Below are positions 37,399 through 49,984 of a DNA stretch of 64,000 nucleotides, piece after piece; the stretch's first letter is position 1; the number at the start of each line of letters is the position of its first letter. Under the pieces are notes generated by a model that did not search any database, was not told the DNA's origin, and saw only the letters and a program-made list of their open reading frames with translations. The stretch is from Scenedesmus sp. PABB004 (taxonomy: Eukaryota), in assembly GCA_014905635.1 (NCBI GenBank), contig JABVCE010000014.1, positions 1-64,000 of the forward strand, written 5' to 3'. Position numbers and translations under genes: made by a program.

Positions 37399-39322
37399 TC
37401 AGAGGTGGAAGCGCCGGCGGCTGGTGTCCATCTCCTTCTTGTGCACCCACTCGAACTCGCCGTGCTTGGAGTCGAACGTGCCCTTCTGCAGGCTGAGCAG
37501 CTTGAGCGTGAAGCGCGGGCCGAGCTCCTGCAGCCGCGTCACGACCGCCGTCGCGGGCCGCGCGTCGCCCGCCTTGGCCTTTGCCTTCTCCTCAAAGATG
37601 TAGCGGTGGTGCCTGCGGGCGGCAGCAGCGGGGCCGACGGGGTCGAGGCGGCCCGCGGGGCTGACGCGGCCACGCGGGGCGGGCGGCGGCGTGCGTGCGT
37701 GCGTGCGTGCGCGCGCGCGGCGTTGTCCTGCAAGAGGCACCTGAAAAAGATGAAGTCGCGCTGGTTGTGGAACGTTGCGACGCGACGGCCCCGGAACTGC
37801 GGCTCCTGGTGGAACAGGCTGCCCAGCATGCGCCCCACGCGGCGCCCGAGGCGCGTGCCAAAGTTGTTGAGCACCAGCTCTGGCCGGTGGCTGCTCGGCC
37901 GCCCGTGGCCCTGCGCGCGGCCGCGGCGGCAACGGCTTGACCCGTGGCGGGGTTGAGCGCGGCTGCGCCCGCCGACCACGCGCGGCGGCGCTGGCGCGCG
38001 GGTGGTGCCGCGCCCTGTGCCGCGCCTTGATGTCCCGGCCGAGCACGACGCTGCTGATCTTGTAGTGCGCGGTGGGGCCGTCGGGCAGGTGCACGTGCAG
38101 CAGGCCGTTCACCTCCTTGCGGTCCTCGTTGAAGACCTGGGGGGGGGGGGTGTCACATGACAGCGAGGCGCGGCGGCGGCCGCGGCATGCGCGGGGTCGG
38201 CACGCGGCAGAGCGGTGCGCCCCGCCGCGCGGGCCGCGGCCGCGCGCGGGGCAGCCGCGCGAGGGGCCGCCCCGGCGCCGCGCGCCGCGGTGCCGGCGCA
38301 CCAGCAGGTCGCTGTAGTCGCGCGCCGCCGCAAAGGCGACCACCTTTTTGAGCGGGAAGCCCTGGCGCCGGTAGTACTCGGCGCACGGCAGCACCTCCTG
38401 CGGCGGCGGCGACGGCGGCGGCGGCGGCGGCTGCGGTCGGCCGGGCGCGCGCGCGCAGGGCGCGCCAGCCCGCCCGCCCCAGGGCCGGCGGGCGCGCGAG
38501 GCGAGCGGCGCGCGAGGCGGGCAGGGCGCAGCCGACCGGCCAGGCCCTATGCCCACCAGCATCTCAGTGAGGAAGGTGAACATTGCCTTGCTGGGCTTGA
38601 AGCACGTGGTCACGAGCACCTTGGGCTCGCGCGCGCGCGCAAAGTGGGCTGCGCCCCGGCCGGCGGCGCGGGCGCGGTGAGGCGGCGCCGCCGCGCCGCG
38701 CCGCGCCAGCCGGGCACGCGGGGCGAGCGGGATACCTCACCCGCAAACTCGTCGTCCGCCTCGTCCAGGGCGACCTCCTCGTCGCCCTCGGCCACCATCG
38801 TCACGTCCGCCTCGCGCGTGTTCTCCAGCGTCTGCGCCGCGCGCAGCGCGGGCGCGCAGCGGCGGTGGGCCGCGGCGGCAAGCAGCGGTCGTCGCTGCCG
38901 CCGCGCCACGTGCGCCCATGCCCGCCCGGCGTCCGCCTGCGGCGCACCTTCTGCTTCTGCCGCGGCGGCGGCTCCAGGCCCAGCTGCTCCGCCTTGGCTG
39001 CCTCGGCGTCGCGCTTCTTGCGCTCGGCCTTCTTGGTTTTCTGCGCCCCGGGGGGGGGGGGGGGCGCAGCGCGGGCGCGGCTGAGCAGCCTGGCCGGCCA
39101 GGCCGCCGCGCGCCCCCTCCCGCGCCGCCGCCGCCGTCGCGCCTTCTGCTTGTGCTTCAGCTTGGCGTACAGCTCCGCGCGGACGAGCTTGTTTTTGATG
39201 TGCGACGTCTGCTGGCCCACCGTCGCCTGCCGCGCCGGCGCCGGCGCGGCATCGCCGCCGTCGTCGTCGTCGCGCTTTCTCTTCTTGCCGCCGCCATGCT
39301 GCTTCTGCTCCCGCGCGCCCAT
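37399..39322 (-). CDS. RPF1: Ribosome production factor 1 (Brix domain); ~10 exons
   Basis: [85 protein letters not shown]. Confidence 0.92.
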
Positions 39323-39810
39323 CGGGGGCCGCGCCGCGCGGGCCGGACGCCGCCGACAGCCGCCCGCCGGCGTGAGCCGCTGCTGCCGCCGCCGGAGCGC
39401 TGCCGGCGGCTGTCGGCGTTGCAGCGCCCCGCTGCTCGCCCCGGCTCGATCTGCGTGCGACAAAGCGTCGAGTGCGCCGCGCTGCTGACCGCGCGGTGCG
39501 GAGGAGGCGCGCAGCTGGGGCGGGCCGAGCTGGTGGGCTGGCCTGGCCGCGTTGTGGGGCGTGGCGGGGGCGCAGGGTGGTCGCTGCCCGGTCACGACCG
39601 TGCGGGCGAGCTCTGGGCGGCGCGGCGGGGGCCAGTGTTGCCACGCGCCGCCGCCGCGCGGCACGCGGTGCAGCGACGCTCGCTTGCGCCCCACTGCCCC
39701 ACTGCCGCAGCACCAGGCCATCGTCACAAGCGTCCCAGGAGTTGTGGGGCTCACACATCGGATGGCTGCAAGAATCGGCGTGCGTTGCGTTCACAATCCA
39801 CGCGCGTTGA

Positions 39811-42800
39811 CTAGCTCCGCAGCAGCCCCGCCGGCTCGGGCGGCGCGCCGCCGGGCGCGCCTTGCCAGGCCGTGCCCGGCGCGCTGTCGCGCGAGAGGCT
39901 GAGGATGATGCTCGACGCCGCGCGCTGCGCGTCGGGCAGGTCGCACTGCTCGAGGCGGTCGTCGAGCGCGCGGCCCTTCCTGTCCGGCGGCAGAGCAAAC
40001 ACCGCGCCCGCCGCGAGCAGGCTGAGGCCGCCAAATATCGCGTACGGCGCCTGCGGCCACGCGAGGAGGCGCGCGTTGACGCTCGCGAAGGGGCTCAGCA
40101 GGCCGCCGATGCGGCTCGCCGCGTTGTTGCAGCCGAGCGCAAAGTTGCGGATGCCTGCGCCGCGGCGCGAGGGGGCGGCAGCGGCGCGCGCGGCACGGGC
40201 GGCGCGGGCGGCGCGGGCGGGAGGGGTCGGCGGCTCGGCCGGGCGACCGTGGGCGCCACACAAGCACCCCGCGCCGCGCCGCACAAGCACCCCGCGCCGC
40301 GCCCACGTGCCTGTGGGGTAGAACTCGGGCGTCATCGCCCAGAGTATGTTAAAGCTCGAGTAGATGAGGAACCTGCTCAGCCACATGCACGCGACCGCGC
40401 CGCCGCCGTGCGCGCCTGCGAGCGGCGCGGCGGGGGTGCGGCGCGGGCGTCTGCGCGCGGCCACCGTACCCTGCGCCGCCGCCGCCGCGCCCCGCGCAGC
40501 CAGCCGCCGCAGGCGCCGCCGCGTCCTCCTGCGCAGCCGCGGGCGGCGCGGCGCCGCACCGGCCATCATGGGCACGAGCACGACCGCGATGGCGGCCATG
40601 GGCCCCGCAAACGCGAGCTTGCGGTTGAGCAGCGTGACGATGCCGAGGCTGAACAGCAGCCCCGGCAGCTCGGCGGCCGAGGTGATCAAGATGGCGACCA
40701 GGTCGCCCTCCTGCGGGTCCGGCCGCCCGCCGGTCCCCCCGGAGCGTGCGTGAGTGAGGCAAGCGACAGCGAGACCAGCCGCGCGGCTGCACGCTGGCGG
40801 GAGGGGCGGCGGAGCGACGGTGCGGCGCGGCGCGGCGCGCGCACCGGCACGACGAGGCGGCCGTTGCGGCACTCCTTCGTGGCCGACTCAACAAAATCAA
40901 CCTGCGCGACCAGCGTGACGAGGCCCTGCGGCACGCGGGAGAGAGAGAGAGAGAGGGAGAGCGCGACACACAGTCAGCGCGACACAGTCGGCGGGGCGCG
41001 CGGCACGCGTGGCCGTGGGGCGTGCCGCGCGGCGCCTGGGGCCTCACGTAATACACAAATGCCTGCGCGGGGGTCGGCGGCGCACGCGCGGCGTGAGGGG
41101 GGAGCGGGCAGTGCCACCCAGCCGCCACTGCCCCGCCCTGCTGCGTGGCGGCGCCACCGCGTACGCGGTGTGCGCTGCGCCTCACCGCGACGACCCAGAC
41201 AAACATCAGCACGCAGCTCGTGAGGGCGAGCTTGCGGCTGAACATGCTCCCCAGGGCGCGCAGCACGGTGCCCGCGCCGCGCACGGCGCGCGCCGCCACC
41301 CAGGCGACCTTGCCTGCCGATGCGGGGGCGGGGGCGGTGAGCGGTGGGCGGGCGCGGCCTGCGCGCCGCGCGCGGCGGGCCGCCGCTCCGCAGCGCCGGT
41401 GCGCGCACCGCCGCTCGCGTCGGCCAGGCCCGGCCCCGCCTTGGCCGCCGCCTCCTCCTCCGACAGCAGCGGCGTGAGGTGGCCCTCCGGCAGGGTGGCC
41501 CTGCACACGCGCACCACCTGCGGCGCGCGCGCGCAGGCTGGGCCGCGCTGCGGGCCGGCTGCCGGCCTGTCCGCGCCCGCGCCGCCGCGCGCCGCCCGCC
41601 TGCGCACCTTGCCCAGCACCGCCTCGGCCTTGGCCGTCCTGCCCTTGACCAGCAGGTAGCGCGGGCTCTCCGGCAGGAACGGCAGCAGCACCAGCAGCAG
41701 CACTGTCGCGCGCACCCGGCCGCGGCGGCGGCGGCGGCGCTCGAGCGTCGGCGCGCGGCGGCGGCGCAGCGTGCGGCGCGGCACGGCGGGGCGCCGCGCT
41801 GCGGCGGCGCCGCGCTGCGGCGGCGGGGGGCGCGCCCGCACCGTAGGGCACGGTCGACACGGTGATGAGCAGCCGCCAGCCGTGCCGGTTGAGCAGGCCG
41901 TACGCGATGCCCGCCTGCACGATGGTGCCGACCGTCCAGAAGCCCTCGATGCCTGAGCGGCGGAGAGGGGGAGGGGGGGGGGGGCAGAGCGTGGCGCGTG
42001 AGGCGGCGGCGGCGGCGGCGCGGGGGGCGGGGGCTGGCGCTGCGCGCGGCGCCGCACGCACCCACGGCGAAGAGGCCGCGGCTGCGCGCGGGCGTGCACT
42101 CGAGCAGCAGGTTGAACGCCACGACCGCGCCGGGGATGCCAAACCCAACCTGCGCGGCGCCAGCGCGCGTCACGTGCCGCGCGCTGCACACGCTGGGCGC
42201 GCCGCACGCGCCCCGCGCCGCCGCCGCCGCCCCGCCCGCGCGGGCGCCGCGCCGCCCCGCCCCACGCGCACCAGGGTGCGGAAGACGACCATCGCCGCGT
42301 AGCTGGGCGCCGCGGCGGTGGCAAAGCCAAAGACGGTCGTGACCAGCGTGGCGCCCAGGAAGGCGAGCTTGCGCCCGACCGCGTCCGAGATGGCGCCCCA
42401 CACCGGCGCGCCGATCGTCATGCCTGTGTGTGGCCACGGCGGGCGTCGGGCGGCCGCGCCCACGCCGCGCTGCGGCCCGGCCGGCGCGCTGGCTCGCGCG
42501 GCGGCGCGGCGGCGCGGCGCGGCGGCGCAGCGCGCGCCTGCAAACACCATGGAGGTCAGCAGGCTCTCCTGCGTGGGCGTGAGGCCCCACTCGCAGCGCG
42601 CGGAGGGGCCGAGGTAGCTCAGGATCATGACCTCCATCGCGTCCTGAGCAGGCCGCGACAGACAGAGCGCGCGGCGGGGCGGCGGCGGCGCGTCGGCACC
42701 GGGGTGTCGCCGCTGCTGCTGCCGCGCCCGCGCGACCGCGGCGGCTCACACAGGCCCAGCTCAGGCCCGTGACGAACAGGAGCGCCCATTGGAAACGTCC

Positions 42801-42941
42801 TGCGCCGCCGCAGCGGTCCAGGGCCTCGTCGACGGTGTACGAGCCAGCGCCGGCCTCCTCGCCGCGCACCGCGGCCTGCTCGCCCGCCTCGGCTGTCTCA
42901 TAGTCGGTCCCGGCACGGTGCCGCGGCGCCGGCCCCCCCAT
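39811..42941 (-). CDS. MFS transporter, SVOP/organic cation transporter-like; ~12 exons
   Basis: YTVDEALD..G.GRFQ, DAMEVMILSYLGP, WGAISDAVGRK, LPESPRYL, ELPG, TPEFYPT.IR...G...AASRIGGLLSPF. Confidence 0.9.
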
Positions 42942-43106
42942 GGCTCCGCGGTGCGGCGCAGCGCCGGGGGAGCAGCGGCGGCGCCGCGGTGCTACCGCAG
43001 CTACGCTGGTCCGGAGGCGCGGAGGAGAAGTGGCGCGGCGGCCTTTGCGCGGCCTGGCGGTGCCGGCGGCGGCGGGGGGCGGCGCGTCGGCATCCGCTGC
43101 GCACAT

Positions 43107-43149
43107 GTGACGCTGTACAGCGTCACTCTGACGCTGTACAGCGTCACTC
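43107..43149. promoter_or_regulatory. Tandem perfect palindromes upstream of the MFS gene
   Basis: GTGACGCTGTACAGCGTCAC (20-bp palindrome) followed by TGACGCTGTACAGCGTCA, 21-bp period. Confidence 0.5.
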
Positions 43150-43329
43150 GGGTGACGCGCTGCCGCCCGCGCGACCGACGCCAGCGGCGCGGCCGGCCGA
43201 CCCGGGGCGCTCGGCACGCGTTCAACTCTGTGAGAGACCGCCATTCGCGGGGCCGGCCCGCACATTTTGCCCCTCGCCGCGCGCGCGCAGTCAAGCGCGC
43301 CCCTGCCGGCGTGCCCGCGGCACTGCCGC

Positions 43330-44530
43330 TCAGTGCTTCTTGACGCAGCTCCTGCCGCCTGCGAAGCAGGCCAGCAGGAAGATGACCAGCGCCAGCAGCA
43401 GCACCGCCACCGCGACCGCCACCTTCATGCGCAGGCTCTGCCACCTGAGCAGGCGGCGGGGGGGAGGGGGGGGGGCGTGCTTTGCGCTGCGCGGCGCCGG
43501 GCTGCCGCGCCGGCCGAGGTGCGGGCACCAGCCGGCCGAGGTGCGAGCAGCCGCGCGCGCGCACCACAGGGTTGAGCGCAGCGTGCGGCCCTGCTTCTGA
43601 AACATCGCGGCTTGGCTGCGCAGCTCCTCGGTCTTGTCGACCAGCAGCTCGATGCGCTCGCCGCGCTCCAGCACCTGCCACGCACGCGCAGCCGACGGCG
43701 GCGCGTGCGGCGGCTCGCGCGCGGCGGCCGCGGCTGGCCGCGGCGGCTGCGCGGGCGGGCTCGGCCCCCGGGCTGCAGGGGGGCAAGGGCGGGGGGCAGC
43801 TGGAGGCGCGTGCGCCGCACCTTTTCGATGTTTTGGACCATGATGCCGCGGACCTCGTCCACCTGCCTCTGCACGCCGGCGACGCGGCAGATCTCGTCGG
43901 GGTGATGGCTCACGTACTCCATGTGCTGCTTGAGCTTGGGGCCGAACGCGCGCTGCAGGCTGCGCGCGCCGCCGCCCGCGGCGCGGGCGCCGCACGTCGC
44001 TGCAAAGTCGTCGGCGATGCGCGCGAGGCACGCAAAGGCCAGCGCGCGGCCAAAGGCCTCGTCGGCGACGACCACAAACACGGCGCCGTCGCGGCGCAGA
44101 AAGTTGAACAGGTAGCGCTCCGCCGCGACGGTCAGGCGCTCGTGCTCTGCGGGGGGGGGGGGGGGGGGGGCGTCTGCGGGTGGGGAGCGGCGGCTGCCCC
44201 CGGCTGCCCGCCGCTGCTGGTCAAGCCGCCGCTGGCTGGTCAAGCGCGGTCCGCGCCGCCGCTGCTGGTCAAGCGCAGCCCGCGCCGCTGCTGGCTGGTC
44301 AAGCGCAGCCGCTGCTGCTGGTCAAGCAGCGGCCGCGCGGCGCCCGGGCGTCGAGGGGCCGCCGCTGCTGCTTGTAACTTCGATACTTGGTGCGCACCTG
44401 CGCTGAGAGCGGCCAGGCAGTCGACCGCGACGCGGCCGAAGTTGCCGGGAGCCGCCGCATGGTCGGCGAGCACGACCGGCGCGGCGCCGGCCGTCGTCCG
44501 CGCCACGGCGCCGTACACGAGGCCGCTCAT
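43330..44530 (-). CDS. VAMP7/VAMP72-type longin R-SNARE (copy 1); ~5 exons
   Basis: Longin domain (LVYGAVAR...VVLA, FVVVADEAFGR) + SNARE [31 protein letters not shown] + C-terminal TM. Confidence 0.92.
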
Positions 44531-44948
44531 TGCGCCCCGATGCGTCGTCGGACGCTGGCGCTGCGGCTGCGGGCGCTGCGGGCGCTGGGGCTGCTGCGGC
44601 GCAGCGGCAACAGCGGCGCCGGGGCGTGAGAGCGGCAGGTCCGCGAGCGGGCTGGGGCTGGGAGCGGGCGGGTGCGGGGGGTCGGGCCAGGGAGAGCAGC
44701 GGCAGTCCTTGCACGGCGCGCGCGGCCGGCAACCGCCGGCACAACCGCCGCACGCGCAGCTCTCACTCTCTTCCCCGATGCCCTCAACGAGCCCCCACAA
44801 TGATTGTGTTTGCTGTGCACCGGCAGCGCAGCAGTCGGCACGCGCCGCCGTACGCAGCGCGCGTTCGCCCGCCCGCCTCCGTCGCAGCTTGGGGTCACGC
44901 TCCGCGATCGCCGCCAGCTCCCCCCGCCCGCCCCCGCCGCCGCGCTCG

Positions 44949-46712
44949 TCAGCGCCCCGTGCCCGCCGTGGTCGTCGGGTTGGGCTCGCCCGGGACGAGC
45001 GTCGACGCGGTGCTGGGCAGGCCGGGGTCGACCACCGGCGGCGCGGCCCCCGCGGCGCCCGCGCGCGCCGGCGCGGCCGCTGCGGCGCCGCCGAGGGTGG
45101 TGGGGTTGGGGTCGCCCGGGATGAGCGTCGACGCCGAGCTCGGCAGCCCGGGGTCGACCACCGGCGGCGCGCCGGCCGCCCGCGCCGCGTTGCCGCCGCC
45201 GCCCGCCGGCGCCGGCGACGCGCCGCCGCCGCCGCTGCCGCTCTTGGGGATGCAGCGGTTGCCGCCTGCGGCGGGGGGGGGGGGGGGGGGGGGGGGGCGG
45301 CCGCGCGTCGGCGCGCGCCGCTGGCGGACGGGGCCGGGCCCGCGCGCGCTGTGTGCGCTTGTCTGTCGGTGCCCCTGTGTCGGTCGCTCGGCTGGCCCCC
45401 CTGCCTGCGCTGCAGCGGCCGCACCCGCGAAGCATGAGAGCAGGAAGATGACCGCGACCAGCAGCAGCACCAGGCCGGCGACGATGCACTTCATGCGGAA
45501 GTTCTGCCACCTGGCAGCAGAGAAGGGCCAGGCGCGAGGTCGGCGAGCGCGGCGCAGGCGCGGGGAGGGCGCGGCGCTGCGGCCGCCGCGGGCGCGGGCG
45601 CGGGCTCGGCGCGGCCGCGCACCACATGCGCTTGCGCAGCTGCGTGCCCTGCCGCTGGAAGCGGTGCGCCTGCGGGGGCGCGCGCGGCGCGGTCGGCGGC
45701 GGCGCGCCGGGGCCGCGCTGCGCCGCCGCCGTCCGCGCGCTGCGAGCTGCGCCCGGCCGCGCGGTGCGGCGCGCGCCGCGGCGCCGCGCCTGGTCGCGCA
45801 GGTCGTCGGTGCGGTCGACGAGCACGTCGAGGCGCTCGCCGCGCACGAGCACCTGCTCCACGTTCTGCAGCATGATGCTCTTCACCTCGTCCACCTGCGC
45901 ACACACGCGGCGTGTGCATGCGGAGGCCCGCGCGTGAGCCGCTGCGGCGCCGGCCGCCGCCGCCGCTGGGGTGCTCGCGCGGCGCCGCCGCGCCCGCGGC
46001 GCCGCCGCCGCCGCGCCTGGCGCTGCACGCTGGCCATCTTGGATATCTCCTCGGGGTGCTGCATGCAGTACTCGATCTGCCGCTGCATCACCGGCCTGCG
46101 GCGCGCGCGGACCCGGGCTCGGCGCAGGCGGCGCCGGCCGGCGCGCGGCGCGACGACGACGCGGCGCGGCCCATGCGACGCAGGCGCGCCCCGCTGCCGC
46201 CGCTGCCGCCGCGCGGCGCCCCGCCCCGCCCCGCCCCGCCCCGCCGCCCCGCCGCGCCGCCGCACCCGAAGCCCTGCGTGAGGCTGTTCTCCGGCGCGGT
46301 CGCGCCGCGGTCGCCGTACTTTTCGGCAAACGCGTCGCGCAGGCGCTCGAGGTAGGCAAACGGGATCTGCCGCCCGTACGCCTCGTCCGCGACGGCCAGG
46401 AAGGCTGCAGGGGGCGGCGCGGTGGCGGGCCGGCGTGGGCGGCGGCGGCGGCGGCGGGCCGGCGCGCGCGGGGGCTGCCGCCGGGCGGCAGCGGCGGCAG
46501 CGGCGGCAGCGGCGCCACGCACTCAGGCCGCCGGCGGTCAGGTAGTTGAACGTGTACGCGTCTGCGCTGACGGTGAAGCGCTCGTCGGTGAGCGCGCCGT
46601 TGGCGAGGCACTCCAGGCCGACGGAGCGGAAGTTGCCCGCGAGGCCGGCGTACTCGGCGAGCACGACATTTCGGTCGCGCGCGACGAAACTGTACACCAG
46701 ACCGCCCGGCAT
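44949..46712 (-). CDS. VAMP7/VAMP72-type longin R-SNARE (copy 2) with extended C-tail; ~8 exons
   Basis: LVYSFVAR...VLAEY, ADEAYGRQIPFAYLER, QVDEVKSIMLQNVEQVLVRGERLDVLVDRT, RKRMWWQN, TM, then Pro/Gly-rich tail. Confidence 0.9.
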
Positions 46713-47108
46713 GGTGCCCAGGGCACTCCCAGAGAGGGGTCCCGCGGACGGCGCGGCGGGAGGGGCGACGCGCCGGAGGGTGCGCGCGTGCGCGGCGCGA
46801 GGCAGCAGCAGCAGCAGATGCCGGCGTGCGTGCGCGTGGCGGCCTGCGCGGTGTCGTGGGCGGACGGGGCTGCTCGTGCGAGTGCGGGGGCGGGGGGAGG
46901 GGGCGGGGCGACGCCGCGGCCCAGCAAATGCCCGCTGTCATTTTGGGGCAGCAGCGCGGTCGGGCGCCCCAGCACGCCCCAGGCACTCCAGCAGCGCGTC
47001 ACGGCCGCACGCCCCGCGCCGCTGCAGGCTCTGTCTGCGAGAGGCGCCCCACCGCCCGCCAGCGCCCGTCCTCCACAGCGCGCGCCGGGGGGCCCGCCCG
47101 CGGACGCC

Positions 47109-47508
47109 ATGTGCCAGCCGGTGGCGGGTCCGTTCTACCGCGCGGCTGGCATGAGCTACCTGCGCTACGCCAACATCTGCGCCGACCTCATGCGATCGGT
47201 GCTCAAGGAGCCCCTCCGCGCCAAGGCGGCGCAGCGGCAGGCCATCTACTTCCGCTCCAGCACCTGGACCGACGGCCGCCAGGGCCCCTCGGGTGCGGGG
47301 CGGCCCCGGCGGCGCGGCGCGGCGCGGCGCAGCGGCGCGGCAGCGGCCGCGCGCGCCGGGCGGCGCCGGGCGGCGCGTGCGGCGCGCGCCGGCCGCCGCC
47401 GCCGGCCCCTGCCGGCGCCCCGCACCCGGGGGGCCCAGATCTGACGCGCGCCGCGCGCCGCCGCGCGCAGTGGTGACGGAGCTGAAGGAGGTGCCGCTGA
47501 CCAAGTGA
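47109..47508 (+). CDS. ATP15: Mitochondrial F1 ATP synthase epsilon subunit; 2 exons
   Basis: GPFYRAAGMSYLRYANICADLMRSVLKEP...; intron 47293-47470. Confidence 0.92.
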
Positions 47509-47772
47509 GCGCAGCAGCGCCCGGCGCTGCTGCTGGGCGGCGGGCGGAGACGTGCCGCGAGCCGGCGCGGCGGGCGGCGGCGCGGCTGAGCTGCAGCGGC
47601 AGCGGCTGGCGCCGCCGCGCGGCCGCCCCCAGGGCTGCAGCGCCACGCGCAGCGCAGCGACGCGCGGCGCTGCCGCGCGGCGGGGTTTCGGTTGGGCGGG
47701 CCGTGCGCGGGGACCGTGGGCGGGGCAGTAACACCCAGGGCGTGCTCCCCCCACCGGCGTGCGGCCGAGGCG

Positions 47773-48055
47773 CTAGCTCGCGGCGGCGCCGGCGTTCATC
47801 GGCGCGACCGCGTCTGCCGCGTCGACGGCCGCCAGCATCAGCTCCCAGAACGCCGCGACGTCCATGCGCCGCGCGACGCGGCAGTTCCGCGGCGCCTTGC
47901 TCACGTGCCGCACGTCGCACACGGTCTGCCCCGCGCTCAGCGGGCTGGTCGTCTCGATGTCGACGCGCATCGTCTCAAACTGCGGGCGCGCGGCGCGGCT
48001 CGCTCGCCGGCCGGCGTCGGCCCCGGCCCCGGCCCCTGTCCCCGCCCCGGCAGCC

Positions 48056-48119
<64 letters not shown>

Positions 48120-49356
48120 CGGGGCGCGCGCGCGCGCGCGCCTCGAAGAGCTCCGGCGCGATGACCGCCGCGACGGCGCAGGGGTCGTGCAGGGGCGGGC
48201 CGGCGTCGAAGCCAAACACGTCGCGGTAGGTGCCCTCAAAGAAGGTCAGCAGCTGGCCCACGAGCGCGCGGAAGGGGGTCGGCGGCGCGGCGATGCGCTG
48301 CAGCACCGCCCCCGACACGAGCGCGGTGTGCGTCACCTCGAGCGGCACCATCGTCAGCCGCACGCCTGGGCGCGGCGCCGCGGCCGCGAGCGCCGCGTCG
48401 GCACCCGCGTCGGCACGGCGCGGCGTGGCAAACGGCCGCGCGCGGGCCGGCGCGGCGCGGCAAACGGCCGCGCGCTGGCCGGCGCGGCGCGGCGCGGGCG
48501 GCCCGCCGCGCGCGGCCCACCCGACTCGAAGACCACCTTGGCGGCCTCGGGGTCGACCTGAATGTTGAACTCAGCCACCGCGCCCGTGTTTCCCAGCTGC
48601 GCGGCGGGCGCCACGCGGCGGCGCGGGGTGGCGCGGGGTGGGGCAGGCGGGCGCCCGACGCCGCGCCGCCGCCGCGCGCGCGCGCGTGTGCGAGCGCGCG
48701 CGCGCGACGCACGCCGAGCGCGCCGCCCATGATGGTGACGTCGATGAGCTCCACGAGCTCCGGGTGCAGCAGCAGCAGCAGCGCCGCATTTGTCAGCGCG
48801 CCCGTGCAGATGAGCTGCACGCGCGGCGCGCCGCGCGGCGCGGCCGCCGCGGATCGCGCGATGGCCTCGGCCATGAGCGTGACGCCCTTGCCCGGCAGCG
48901 GCGCGCGGCCGCAGTGGGGCAGCAGCGGCCCGCCGGCGGGGCCGTCCAGGCCGCTGTCGCCGTGGATTTCGGGGCAGAGCAGGATCGGCCGCAGCAGCGG
49001 CCGCGCCTGGCCCATCGCCACGCCGACGTGGCCCAGGCCCACCCAGTGCAGCACGTCGAGCGCGTTGCGCGTCGTCTTGTCCACGCTCTGCGCCGCGCCG
49101 GGGGCGGCAGCTCGGCGAGGGCAGCCTCGCCTGCGGCGCAGAGCGCGCGCCGCGCTGCGCCGCCCGCGCGCTGCGCCCGCCGCGCCTGGTTGGAGGCGAC
49201 CGTGCTCACGCCCAGCAGCTCCAGGGCGGGGCTGTGGCCGGCCAGCATGATGGCCATGGCATCGTCATGCCCGGGGTCGCAGTCGAGCCACACCGCCAGG
49301 CGCCCGGGCGGCGCCGCCGGGTCGCCCGCCGCCGCAGCCTCCGCCGCCACCGGCAT
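47773..49356 (-). CDS. Inosine-uridine preferring nucleoside hydrolase; ~6 exons
   Basis: [30 protein letters not shown]....[27 protein letters not shown]. Confidence 0.92.
48056..48118. repeat. (GGC)n microsatellite, intronic
   Basis: ~21 GGC units inside intron 47980-48141. Confidence 0.85.
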
Positions 49357-49984
49357 GCCGCCCGCGCGCTCCTGCAAGATCACGGCGGTACAGGCTTGCG
49401 AACGCGGCCGTGTGACCGCAGGGGCGACCGCTGGAGCTGGCGCCGCGGCCGCGCGCTGCTCGACGCCTGCTGCTGCTCGGCGGCGACGCTGAGCAGCGGC
49501 CTCGCTGCGCCTAGACGTGCGCTCGGTCAAGAGCCGCACAGTGAGCGTGCGCAGGCTTCAGCAGCGGCGGCGGCGCGAGCGGCAGCGGCGGCGAGCGCTT
49601 GTGTGAGGGGCCGCGCGGGAGCGGCTCTCTTGCGGGCGTGACTGAGCAGGTTGCGGGGAGCTCTAGGTCACCACGCCGTCAGGACCGCTCGCCTCCCCGG
49701 GCGGCCCACTTTTAGAGCCCGGCGCACAACCCCGGACCGCCAACGACACACAGTCAATCACACGCGAGTGCAGAGCTTGAACGCAAACCGACGAGCAGAC
49801 CGTGCGCGCGCGAGGCGCGCCACCGGCCTCAATCCCGCTGCAGCAGTGCTGGCGCGCGCCGCGCCGGTTGGTTGACGGTCGGTTGATGGTACATGCATGT
49901 GTGTCGGGCGTCGCCGCCGTCATGCCTCGCACGTGAACGCCAGGCGGCGCAGTGCGCGCCCCCACCCCTGCGCGCCGCCCCCGC

